Positions 1 to 11,008 of a stretch of DNA of 64,000 nucleotides are shown one piece after another. The notes below the pieces were generated by a model that was given only the letters and a program-made list of their open reading frames with translations, made no database searches and had not been told where the DNA came from. Source of the stretch: Massalongia carnosa (taxonomy: Eukaryota); the NCBI GenBank assembly GCA_965645245.1, contig OZ287081.1, positions 1,054,001-1,118,000 of the forward strand, given 5' to 3'. The position numbers and the translations under genes are program-made. Within the stretch, counting starts at the first letter, position 1; every line of letters begins with the position of its first letter.

Positions 1-128
1 TCAATTCGATCCTCGATAGCTGAATATGAATTGACCATTATGTTGTTGATTGTTGACGTGTCGAAGTTGAGGTGTAAAATGTTGAAAATGCGTCTTTGAG
101 CCGGTAGCGTCTTTGAGCCGGTAAGCAC
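1..128. mobile_element. Probable terminus of a pogo/Fot1-like DNA transposon (rest lies left of the window)
   Basis: Tandem 17-bp repeat GCGTCTTTGAGCCGGTA (90-106, 107-123), then AGCAC and TA (129-130); Fot1-type TIRs contain such direct repeats and duplicate TA. Partner TIR not in window. Confidence 0.45.
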
Positions 129-169
129 TAAGGGGTGCTCTCTGCATTCCGAAAGTGGTCTAGCACGAT

Positions 170-3100
170 TACAATCGATCGACTTTTAGTTAAATATCAA
201 CCTATATCAACTGATCAATTTGTCATATGTGGAGATTTCAATGCACATCATAGCTGGTAGAATTCGAAGATTCAAAATGCAATTCGATCAGAAAATCTAG
301 TCAAATGGTTAAAATTAAACAAATGTAGTTTGATAAATACGCCTGATCTATATACATTTTTTGCTCATTCAGGAAACTCTTCATCTATTATTGATTTAAC
401 ATTTGCAAATTCTAAAATCGAAAACGCAATTACAAATTGGTCAATCGATGAAAACGCAGTCACGGGTTCAGATCATGAAGTTATTCGATTTGAACTTATC
501 GCGTCTTTCAAGAACTTGACGTCACATGTAACCGCATTATCGAATAAATACAACTGCAATAAAGCCGATTGGGATAAATTCGCGAAGTTTCTAGACGAAA
601 ATGCAGTAAAATACGAGTCCCAAATACAAAGTCTATTGAACAATTATCAATTTGATGAATCAGCGTTATATTTGCAAAACGTTATCAAAAACGCGGCTGA
701 AATGTTTATTCCGAAGACAAAAATATGCGCAAAATCGAAAAATTGGTGGTCTCAAGATTTATCCGGACTTCGAAAAATCATGTGTAGACATCGTCGAGAA
801 TGGAAGAATAATCCGTCCTATTTTAGTCATCAAACATTTAGACATAGTCGAATCGAGTACTTTCATGCAATTCGAAAAGCGAAACAGCAAACTTGGTTAG
901 CTTTCCTCGAAAACGCAGCGAATAAAGACGTATTTACAGCTTATAAATACACTAAACCGCGCATGTTCGAAAAAATACCACCTATTCAATATGAAAATAA
1001 CTTAAATGTTCAATTCGATCACAAATGCGATGCGTTTGTGTCAGCAATGTACACAAAAAACCCGTTCACGGATGATAATATTGAAGATTTAACGAATCAA
1101 GACAGCGAAAATGACAACAATTGGCCGAATTTAACCGAAAATGAATTGCAAAATGCGATTAGTTTGTTTAATCCAAAGAAATCATGTGGATCTGATGCAA
1201 TCAATTTCACAATAATTCAAAAATCGTTTCAACCATTGAAAAACGTGTTTTTTACTATTTATTCTAAGTTTATACAAATCGGTTATCACCCGTTATGTTG
1301 GCGAACAGGACTCGGTGCTGTTTTAAAAAAAGCTAATAAACCAGACTACTCGCTGCCAAAATCATATCGAATTATTACCTTACTGAATTGTCTTGGTAAA
1401 ATTGCGGAGAAAATAGTTGCTAATCGACTAGCCTACCTCGGCGAAAATTCGAGCTTGTTAGATACCGAACAAATGGGCGGACGGAAAAATCATTCTGCAA
1501 TCGATGCGGTAATGAACGTCGTTCATGATATCGAAATCGCAAACCGAAACAAAAACGTTTTATCATGTCTATTACTCGATGTCAAAGGAGCATTTGACTT
1601 TGTTTCGATTAATCAATTGCTAAATGTTATGAAAAAGCTGCATTTATCTCGCATAGTTATTCAATGGGTCAAGCATTTTATGACAAAACGATCGATCAAT
1701 TTGATATTCGATGAACACAAAAGCAAAACGTACTATATCGAATCTGGAATTCCACAAGGTTCACCTATTTCGCCAATTCTATTTCTGATTTATATTCGTT
1801 ACTTATTTCCGAAAATACGAATGAAATTCAATGCTCATTCACCTAGCTTTATAGACGATGTTGCAATATATGTTGAAAATAAAACTGCCACACAGAATTG
1901 CAAAGAAATCGAAATTATCGTCAAAACAGCTTTTGATTGGGCCGCAACGAATAATGTCAAATTTGATGACGACAAATCTGAGTTGATTCACTTCGAAAAG
2001 TCAAGAAATGCATCAAAAGACAAAGTGCAATTACCAAACGGGACAATACTAGAACCGAAAAATTCTGTCAAATGGTTAGGAGTCTGGTTAGACCGAAAAC
2101 TAAATTACAAAATACACGTCGAAACGCGAATTGCTTCTGCAAATCGATCGTTTTTCGCAATTCAAAATTTGATGAAGTCTGAATGGGGACTAAAGCCAAC
2201 TGCATGCAGACAGCTCTATCTGTCATGTATTATTCCTATTTCGGACTATGGCTCAGAAATCTGGTATAACGGTCAAAAGAAATATGAAAAGCTATTTCAG
2301 AATCTGCAAAATCGAATGATTCGAAAGATTTTAGGCACATTCAAAACCACGCCTGTTCAGGCGATGGAAATTGAATCGCATATTTTCCCAGCCAAGCTAC
2401 GATTGTTGATGAAAAATCAAAAATACGCAATTCGATTATTGAAGATTGCCGAAAATAATCCTATTTGTCAAAGAATTCCCAGTACCTATTCTGTGAAATT
2501 CGAAAACATCGGTTTTGACACTAGTTTATGGAACAACAGATATGCTGAATGGAACGAAGACGAGAAAAAATCGAGTAAACCTCATCCTAGTCAGCTTATC
2601 CGTATTCTTCATTCCGTTTCGGATATAGTTCATAAAACTGATGAATTCGAATCAGTAAATAATTTCATCAAACCATGGAAGCCGTCTTGTAAAATCAAGT
2701 TCCAAATCGAAAGATCCAAAGAAACAGCAAAGTCAAGTTATTATTCGACTTTATTAAAAATCCAATCAATAAACGCCGATAAATCGCGAATTTTACTCTA
2801 TACCGATGGATCAAAAACCGAGTTTTCAACTTCCGCTGTCACATTTGCACCAATTATGCGAAATTGGAACAATTTCACCGATAACTTCAATCGTTTTATC
2901 GAAAAAGATTGTCTCCTCAAACATCATACGATTTCGAAAAGCTGGAAATTAAACAAAAAGTCAAGCGTTAAAAACGCTGAACTCTATGCGATACTACAAG
3001 CAATAAAATGGGCATACAAATTGACAATTGCGAATATTCTCTTCAATTTGGAAAAAACGATTTGGATTTTTTCCGATAGCATAAACGCGATAAACGAAAT

Positions 3101-4020
3101 TCAGAACTTGACAAATCATACTTACGCAAAACAAATTCGAAAATTCTCGAAATGCTTATTCGGAAACAATTATCAGGTGGTTCTACAATGGATTCCTAGT
3201 CATTCGAAAATCGTCGAAAATGAAATTGCAGATAAAGCAGCAAAAGCGGGACATAGTCGAATCCTAGTCGAGTCTTCGATAATAACATTTGATTATGTAA
3301 AGGGTCAAATAAATCGAAATATGTTAGCCACATGGGCGAATCAATGGCAACAATGCAAGTCAAAAGGCAAATACTATGAGAAATTCGAAATGCAGCCGGG
3401 CAAATCGAGTTTTTATTATCTGTCGAATAATTGTTCGAAATTAATATTTGCGACTATTATGCAAATGAAATTCGGACACGGTTATTTTCGATCATATCTG
3501 CACCGATTGAAAGACTATAATTCGTCAAAATGCACAGGGCGCTGCAACGAACGCAAACGCCAGAACACTTATTGATGAATTGCATACATTATTCAAATGA
3601 AATCCTAAACATGAAACAAAATATCGATACCACAATTACTTTAAAAATGTTGTTTAATACTAGGATCGGAAATAATATTTTGATTAAATTTATTGTAGAT
3701 AACAAAATCGTGACTAGAAAATGGATGCTAGGTCAGCTCGATGACGAAAATATCGAAACGGGAGGTTGGGGAGAGATCGAATAGTAAAATTAGAAATGAT
3801 TTATGCTGGAATATTTACGAGCTTTACAAAAACAAATTGTAAAATCGATATTTCGATTACTAAAGGTTGTTACTAACACGGAGTAAAAACGAGGCAATAT
3901 TGACGATAGATAGTTGGGTTATAAAGGGTTGATTTATTTGTAAAATAAAACCATATCTTAAAATAGTTTAGTGTCATAACCTTAGGTTGAATACACTTAA
4001 TGAATAAATAAATAAAAAAA
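170..4020 (+). mobile_element. LINE family A (Tad1/I-group), 5'-truncated inside the endonuclease
   Basis: Colinear with the full-length copy at 44419-51148; ends in GAATAAATAAATAAAAAAA tail. No TSD found. Confidence 0.95.
330..3784 (+). pseudogene. LINE-A ORF2 remnant (APE C-terminus, RT, RNase H, C-terminal Cys/His motif)
   Basis: GSDH, YRIITLLN, LDVKGAFD, GIPQGSPISP, FIDD, WLGV, YTDGS, AELYAI, FSDS, WIPSH...NEIAD; 1-nt frameshift near 3553. Confidence 0.93.
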
Positions 4021-4172
4021 GAAGACGTTGAGATTGGATACGGATTGTAGGAGATTGATAGAGCGGTGAGGGCGGCAGAAGAACGCCTGAGCACGATAGA
4101 TTACAGCAATGGGCCCTGTTAAATACTTACCCGATCAGGAAAAGAGGGAGGGTGCAGAGCGATTCCGTGACA
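4021..4172. mobile_element. LTR terminus fragment (ends ...CCGTGACA)
   Basis: Non-LINE, GC-richer sequence ending in TGACA exactly where LINE-A sequence resumes; reverse complement starts TGTCAC. Confidence 0.5.
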
Positions 4173-4744
4173 GCGACTATTATGCAAATGAAATTCGGAC
4201 ACGGTTATTTTCGATCATATCTGCACCGATTGAAAGATTATAATTCGTCAAAATGCACAGGGCGCTGCAACGAACGTCAAACGCCAAAACACTTATTGAT
4301 GAATTGCATACATTATTCAAATGAAATTCTAAACATGAAACAAAATATCGATACCACAATTACTTTAAAAATGTTGTTTAATACTAGGATCGGAAATAAT
4401 ATTTTGATTAAATTTACTTTTGATAACAAAATCACGACTAGAAAATGGATGCTAGGTCAGCTCGATGACGAAAATATCGAAACGGGAAGTTGGGGAGAGA
4501 TCAAACAGTAAAATTAGAAATGATTTATGCTGCAATATTCAATAGCTTTACAAAAACAAATTGTAAAATCGATATTTCGATTACTAAAGGTTGTTACTAA
4601 CACGGAGTAAAAACGGGCCAATATTGACGAAACATAGTTGGGTTATAAATGGTTGATTTATTTGTAAAATAAAAACATATCTTAAAAGAGTTTAGTGTCA
4701 TAATCTTAGGTTGAATAACCTTAATGAATAAATAAAATGAAAAA
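4173..4744 (+). mobile_element. LINE-A 3' fragment
   Basis: ATIMQMKFGHGYF...WGEIKQ, 3'UTR and A-rich tail. Confidence 0.93.
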
Positions 4745-6783
4745 GCATGTGACGTAAAAGTTTTGAAAGATGCGATTAGTTCAAATCGGTTGACTTCATG
4801 ATCAGAACCTATGACTGCGTTTTCATCGATTGACTAATTTGTAATTACATTTTCGATTTTAGAATTTGCAAATCTTAAATCAATAACAGATGAAGAACTT
4901 CCAGAATGGGCGTAGTATTTAAATAAGTCAGGTGTGTTTATCAAACTACACCTGTTTAATTTCAACCATTTGACTAGATTTACAGATCGAATTGCTTGTT
5001 GAATTTTCGAATTTCACCAGTTATAATGTGAATTGAAATCTGCACATACTACGAATTGATCAGTTGATTTAGGGTATAATTGGATTAAAAGTCGATCGAT
5101 CGTGTATGTTTCTCGATCATTTTGACTTTTTTCGTTATAAATATTGAGAATCTATACATTTCGAACTTCATCTATTGTAATTTCAATAATTTGCATATCA
5201 AAATCGTCAATAAGATCCGTTCTAGGCGTGCATTGCAGTTTGGAATTGCCTTTTGTGAATAATATAGCTACTCTTAATCGATATGTCGCTATTTTTGGCA
5301 TAATACATGTAAATGACGGATGTGACATTGTTTTTTGATCTCGTGTCCATGCTTCCTGAAAGAAAACAATATCAATTTGATTTAATAAAGCATATTCCAA
5401 ACACGATATCATTGCATTCGTTGATTTTGCGCAATTATGTTGAATAAATTTAACATTTTGTGTAATTTCGATGTTTGTCAACGAATGCTGTACTGCCATT
5501 ACAAAGCGGCTAGTTCGTCAGTCGATTTTCAAACATTTAACGATATAACCATTTTACAATTCTCATCATTGGATTGATGATTTTTGTTGTAATTCGCGCA
5601 TTTGACGACAACGTGTGAATAAGCAATTTTTGATTTGCAAATTGTGCATTCATGATTGCGTGTTTCATGGTTTTGCGCACATATGCTGCATTTCGGTTGA
5701 CTTTTGCATTGATAATGCTGGTTTCCAAATTTTTGACAATTAATGCATTGTATGTTTAGACGAACGGAGGTAAATATTTCCGTTTCACAATATCGGCCCG
5801 CGATAGTGACTCCTTTTAATGCGTTCAAGGCCATATTTCAATCATTGAATGTCAAAACAACGGATGATTTTATCTTTTAAGACGATCACGTGCTAGCCAT
5901 CTGGGAACATCGCATAATTGCATGTTCAAATTGAACTTTTGAATTTCGTCTTGCAAATATTACATGTTTTCATCTAATGTGGCAATATTTACACCGTGTG
6001 CGACGACTTTGAACCACGATTCGCCCTTTCGAACTGTTGGTGGGTCGATTAAATGCTCCCATATTGATTTATTGTTCAATAAATCTTCAGCAGTGTTATC
6101 CGGACTAGTAGTCAGAACGATGTTTTGACCCGTTTTGGACTTTTCGACCGTGTTAACAACGATAGTCAATTTCGCGACTTTAAAAAAGCGAATCGATTTT
6201 GTTTCGAAGCAACAGTAAATCGATATCTCCGGTTTGAGCTTTCGGTGTGATTATCAACCGACGAAATTTGATCACCTTGAATTCGTCAGTATTATCGAAT
6301 TTGTTCGCATTCGAATTATTGTTGTTGTTCTTGTTACTTTTTTTGGATCGAGGAACGGTAATCCAATTTTCGGAATTGACAGTCGCTTTTCCGAGCATTT
6401 GGCTCCATGTTCTAGCTGTATCGTTGACCTGCGGCCCTGGGACTCCGGCGGTTTCGCTCCATATTGCTGGGTTGACTCTTTTAGTCAAATTCGAATTTCC
6501 ATTTGAATTTCCCATTTGATTTTGTCTATACAGGATGCACCGATTTTCTCTTTGTTTCTGGAATTTGGCTAGTTTGTTCTAACTCCCTATTCAATTTCCA
6601 ATCAATCATTTCTAACGTTGCTTTAGGCTTGATCGATTTCTTTACCAGTAGCGAATTGACGTGATCGATGACCATAGCCGTTTCGGGGTTTAGATCTATT
6701 ACGAATGACTCCAATAATGCTTTTTTGCCGTATTCAATAGTTGAATCGATTTTGATCGATTGATGACTTCTTGACTATCAATC
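4745..6783 (-). mobile_element. LINE subfamily C fragment (degenerate ORF1 plus endonuclease)
   Basis: Minus-strand ORFs homologous to but diverged from LINE-A ORF1 (CINCQKFG) and APE (FIQHNCAKS); several stops and frameshifts. Confidence 0.88.
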
Positions 6784-9229
6784 TTTTTTTTATTCATTTA
6801 TTCATTAAGTGTATTCAACCTAAGGTTATGACACTAAACTATTTTAAGATATGGTTTTATTTTACAAATAAATCAACCCTTTATAACCCAACTATCTATC
6901 GTCAATATTGCCCCGTTTTTACTCCTTGTTAGTAACAACCTTTAGTAATCGAAATATAGATTTTACAATTTGTTTTTGTAAAGCTCGTGAATATTCCAGC
7001 ATAAATCATTTCTAATTTTATTGTTCGATCTCTCCCCAACCTCCCGTTTCGATATTTTCGTCATCGAGCTGACCTAGCATCCATTTTCTAGTCGCGATTT
7101 TGTTATCAACAATAAATTTAATCAAAATATTATTTCCGATCCTAGTATTAAACAACATTTTTAAAGTAATTATGTTATCGATATTTTGTTTCATGTTTAG
7201 GATTTCATTTGAATAATGTATGCAATTCATCAATAAGTGTTCTGGCGTTTGACGTTCGTTGCAGCGCCCTGAGCATTTTGACGAATTATAATCTTTCAAT
7301 CGGTGCAGATATGATCGAAAATAACCGTGTCCGAATTTCATTTGCATAATAGTCGCAAATATTAATTTCGAACAATTATTTGACAGATAATAAAAATTCA
7401 ATTTGCCAGGCTGCATTTCGAATTTCTCATAGTATTTGCCTTTTGACTTGCATTGTTGCCATTGATTCGCCCATGTGGCTAACATATTTCGATTTATTTG
7501 ACCCTTTACATACTCAAATGTTATTATCGAAGACTCGACTAGGATTCGACTATGTCCCGCTTTTGCTGCTTTATCTGCAATTTCATTTTTGACGATTTTC
7601 GAATGACTAGGAATCCACTGTAGAACTACCTGATAATTGTTTCCGAATAAGCATTTCGAGAATTTTCGAATTTGTTTTGCGTAAGTATGATTTGTCAAGT
7701 TCTGAATTTCGTTTATCGCGTTTATGCTATCGGAAAAAATCAAAATCTTTTTTTCCAAATTGAAGAGAATATTCGCAATTGTCAATTCGTATGCCCATTT
7801 TATTGCTTGTAGTATTGCATAAAGTTCAGCCTTTTAAATGCTTGACTGTTTGTTTAATTTCCAGCTTTTCGAAATCGTATGATGTTTGAGGAGACAATCT
7901 TTTTCGATAAAATGATTGAAGTTATCGGTGAAATTGTTCCAATTTCGCGTAATTGGTGCAAATGTGACAGCGGAAGTTGAAAATTTGGTTTTTGATCCAT
8001 CGGTATAGAGTAACATTCGCGATTTATCGGCGTTTATTGATTGAATTTTGATAATGTCGAATAATAACTTGACTTTGCTGTTTCTTGTGATCTTTCGATT
8101 TGGAACTTGATTTTACAAGACGGCTTCTATCCATGGTTTGATGAAATTATTTACTGATTCGAATTCATCAGTTTTGTGAACTATATCCGAAACGGAATGA
8201 AGAATACGGATAAGCTGACTAGGATGAGGTTTACTCGATTTTTTCTCGTCTTCGTTCCATTCAGCATATCTGTTGTTCCATAAACTAGTGTCAAAACCGA
8301 TGTTTTCGAATTTCACCGAATAGGTACTGGGAATTCTTTGACAAATAGGATTATTTTCGGCAATCTTCAATAATCGAATTGCGTATTTTTGATTTTTCAT
8401 CAACAATCGTAGCTTGGCTGGTAAAATATGCGATTCAATTTCCATCGCCCGAACAGGCGTGGTTTTGAATGTGCCTAAAATCTTTCGAATCATTCGATTT
8501 TGCAGATTCTGAAATAGCTTTTCAAATTTCTTTTGACCGTTATACCAGATTTCTGAGCCATAGTCCGAAATAGGAATAATGCATGACAAATAGAGCTGTC
8601 TGCAGGCAGTTGGCTTTAGTCCCCATTCAGACTTCATCAAATTTTGAATTGCGAAAAACGATCGATTTGCAGAAGCAATTCGCGTTTCGACGTGTTTTTT
8701 GTAATTTAGTTTTCGGTCTAACCAGACTCCTAACCATTTGACAGAATTTTTCGGTTCTAGTATTGTCTCGTTTGGTAATTGCGCTTTGTCTTTTGATGCA
8801 TTTCTTGACTTTTCGAAGTGAATCAACTCAGATATGTCGTTATCAAATTTGACATTATTCGTTGCGGCCCAATCAAAAGCTGTTTTGACGATAATTTCGA
8901 TTTCTTTGCAATTCTGTGTGGCAGTTTTATTTTCGACATATATTGCAACATCGTCTCTAAAGCTAGGTGAATGAGCATTGAATTTCATTCGTATTTTCGG
9001 AAATAAGTAACGAATATAAATCAGAAATAGAATTGGCGAAATAGGTGAACCTTGTGGAATTCCAGATTCGATATAGTACGTTTTGATTTTGTGTTCATCG
9101 AATATCAAATTGATCGATCGTTTTGTCATAAAATGCTTGATCCATTGAATAACTATACGAGATACATGCAGCTTTTTCATGATATTTAGTAATTGATTAA
9201 TCGAAACAAAGTCAAATGCTCCTTTGACA
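6784..9229 (-). mobile_element. LINE-A minus copy, 3' part (continues at 16141-16898)
   Basis: Poly-T at 6784; RT/RNase H ORFs 7018-7785 and 8113-9229; breaks at GCTCCTTTGACA (9218-9229), which recurs at 16141-16152. Confidence 0.95.
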
Positions 9230-9453
9230 CATGAAGTGACCATCGGTCCTCCTCTTTCTACACCATCGGTCCTCACCACGGAGACGCCAAAGGCCTCACC
9301 GTGGGGCGACCGTCAAACATATAGATTTGCTCCTATTTCTTCGCATCAAAACAATGCTAATTTAACGCGTTCACACGCGTCGCAGACGTACGTACGGAAG
9401 AGGATACGAATGCTAACCGCCGAGGGGTAGAATGCGCGCGTCCCTGCACCATG

Positions 9454-10189
9454 CTTCTAAGGGTTCAAGTCCCTTCATGCAGTCATCAGCTGGAAGAAGA
9501 TGTGGACCAAAGGAGCCGCATCATCCCCCACCCGGGTAGAGTCGACACGCGTTCTAGCTCCTGAGAGTTCAAGTCTCCCCATGCAGTCATCAGCTGGGAT
9601 CAACAGAACGCGTAAAGGCACCGGGGCGAATGTTGTCACCTCACGAAAACTCTATCTCGTAGCAGAATAACAATATCCCATTTAATAGGCCCGGCCTGTT
9701 AAATAAAATCGTGGAAAATACAGAGTCACAAAACACATAGTCATCAATCACACGTTGTATAAAGCACACAGTTATAAAGCACACAGTCACAAACATACAG
9801 TCACAAATACACAGTCAAAAACACACAGTCAACAAACACATAGTCACAAAAAACACAGTCACAAATCAATAACACGTCCCTGTAAAGGGGGTTCTGCGGG
9901 GGCTCGTTAAGACAGATCTGCACCCCGTTAATATCGGAGAACATATTTTTAGAGGTTCAAGTCCTTTCTAGCAGTCATCAGCTGAAAATAATGTATTTGG
10001 ACACGGGCATGGTGTGGATTTGACATGAGTAGACCTCGATGGATCACAAAACGAATAAAAAGAGTTCAGCGGAACTTCGTTAATATTGTTCTCGAAGACC
10101 TCGTTAATAAGATTTTCATAGACCTCGTTAACAACGTTCGGTCATACTCTTAAAGGTTCAAGTCCTTTTATGCAGTCATCGGCTAAGAG
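9454..10189 (+). ncRNA. Four copies of a ~45-nt structured RNA motif (closing stem, T-loop hairpin, GCAGTCATCRGCT)
   Basis: Copies at 9454-9496, 9559-9599, 9944-9990 and 10147-10189 with compensatory stem changes. Confidence 0.65.
9719..9866 (+). repeat. Degenerate ~14-nt C/A-rich tandem repeat (ACACAGTCACAAA-like)
   Basis: About ten units visible directly. Confidence 0.85.
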
Positions 10190-11008
10190 CTAAAGACGTA
10201 CGACACGGGTCAGCTATGTCTATCACACGGGTCTCCTTCGTCTACAATACGGAGCCCTCCGGCTGAAAGAAATAAAACATATAGATACATAGTGTAGGGT
10301 CACACCCTACACGATACAAGGGATTTGGGTTATGCAAACCATCCGATTGATGGCTACCGTGAGCAACACGGCCCGAGCCGGAGTCGTACCGGGGATGGTA
10401 GAGGCACCCTCGTAATCAAATAGGAAACCCTTGGGACAAGAAGAGGGAAATATACGAGGAACCCGTTAATTGATAAAAGTCTAGGCCCTGAGCTAATAGA
10501 CGAATTTCAAACGAGCTCACCTCCGAGTTGTCCTCGACTCGTTTTGGTTAGTAGGGACGGAAGATCGATACTATACTGCCTGGTCAGGAGCATAGTGCTC
10601 GAAATCCCTGCGAGACATAGTCGGTTCATAAATGGGAGACCTTTATGAATAACGCGAAGTGGGCGTAAAAAACCCGTGAGGCGTGGTATACAATGGCGGC
10701 CACCGTACGGAGACCGTCTGCATAGCCCGAGAGGACAGTATGCGCATGTCGGTGTATATAGAACAGGGAATGTCTATCTCGCTCGTAACGAGACCCCGTC
10801 GGTTCGCCGGCGCATAGGCTACGGCTAGACTCGCCCTTGAAATATGCTTAAGGAGTAAACTGGGTTTGACCTGTGCGAAAGGGACGTCGTTCACCCAAAT
10901 CGTAGAATTCATCAATAGTCTTGGGCCGTAAAACGCACCAGTGAGATAAACGAAAACTGGGATAGAGACTTCACGAAGGAGATGTCAACTCTATTTTATC
11001 ATTCTTAG

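Larger units (their letters stand above)
9230..11008 (+). other. Non-LINE, non-coding, structured segment retro-inserted together with a LINE (captured RNA of unknown origin)
   Basis: Lies between the left TSD and the truncated LINE 5' end; no long ORF; many hairpins; no other copy in the window. Confidence 0.75.

Noticed and set aside
4123..4131. U1 snRNA 5' end (ATACTTACC)
   Set aside because: No further U1 features; lies within an LTR-like fragment.
9459..10168. tRNA genes or a tRNA-derived SINE (GTTCAAGTC B-box)
   Set aside because: No A-box, D-arm, anticodon arm or acceptor geometry; only the T-arm is present.
9454..10189. Hammerhead ribozyme (CTGATGA on the minus strand)
   Set aside because: No stem II followed by GAAA and no stem III; G-U pairs favour the plus strand; copy 4 reads CCGATGA.
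10510..10905. Resemblance to the Varkud satellite ribozyme (CTCACCTCC; GCGAAAGGGACGTCGT)
   Set aside because: Short scattered words in the wrong order, with no helix VI active-site loop.
10560..10976. Group I intron R/S-like words (GACATAGTCG, TAGAGACTTCACG)
   Set aside because: Could not assemble a P7/P3 core in the right order; left to a covariance-model search.
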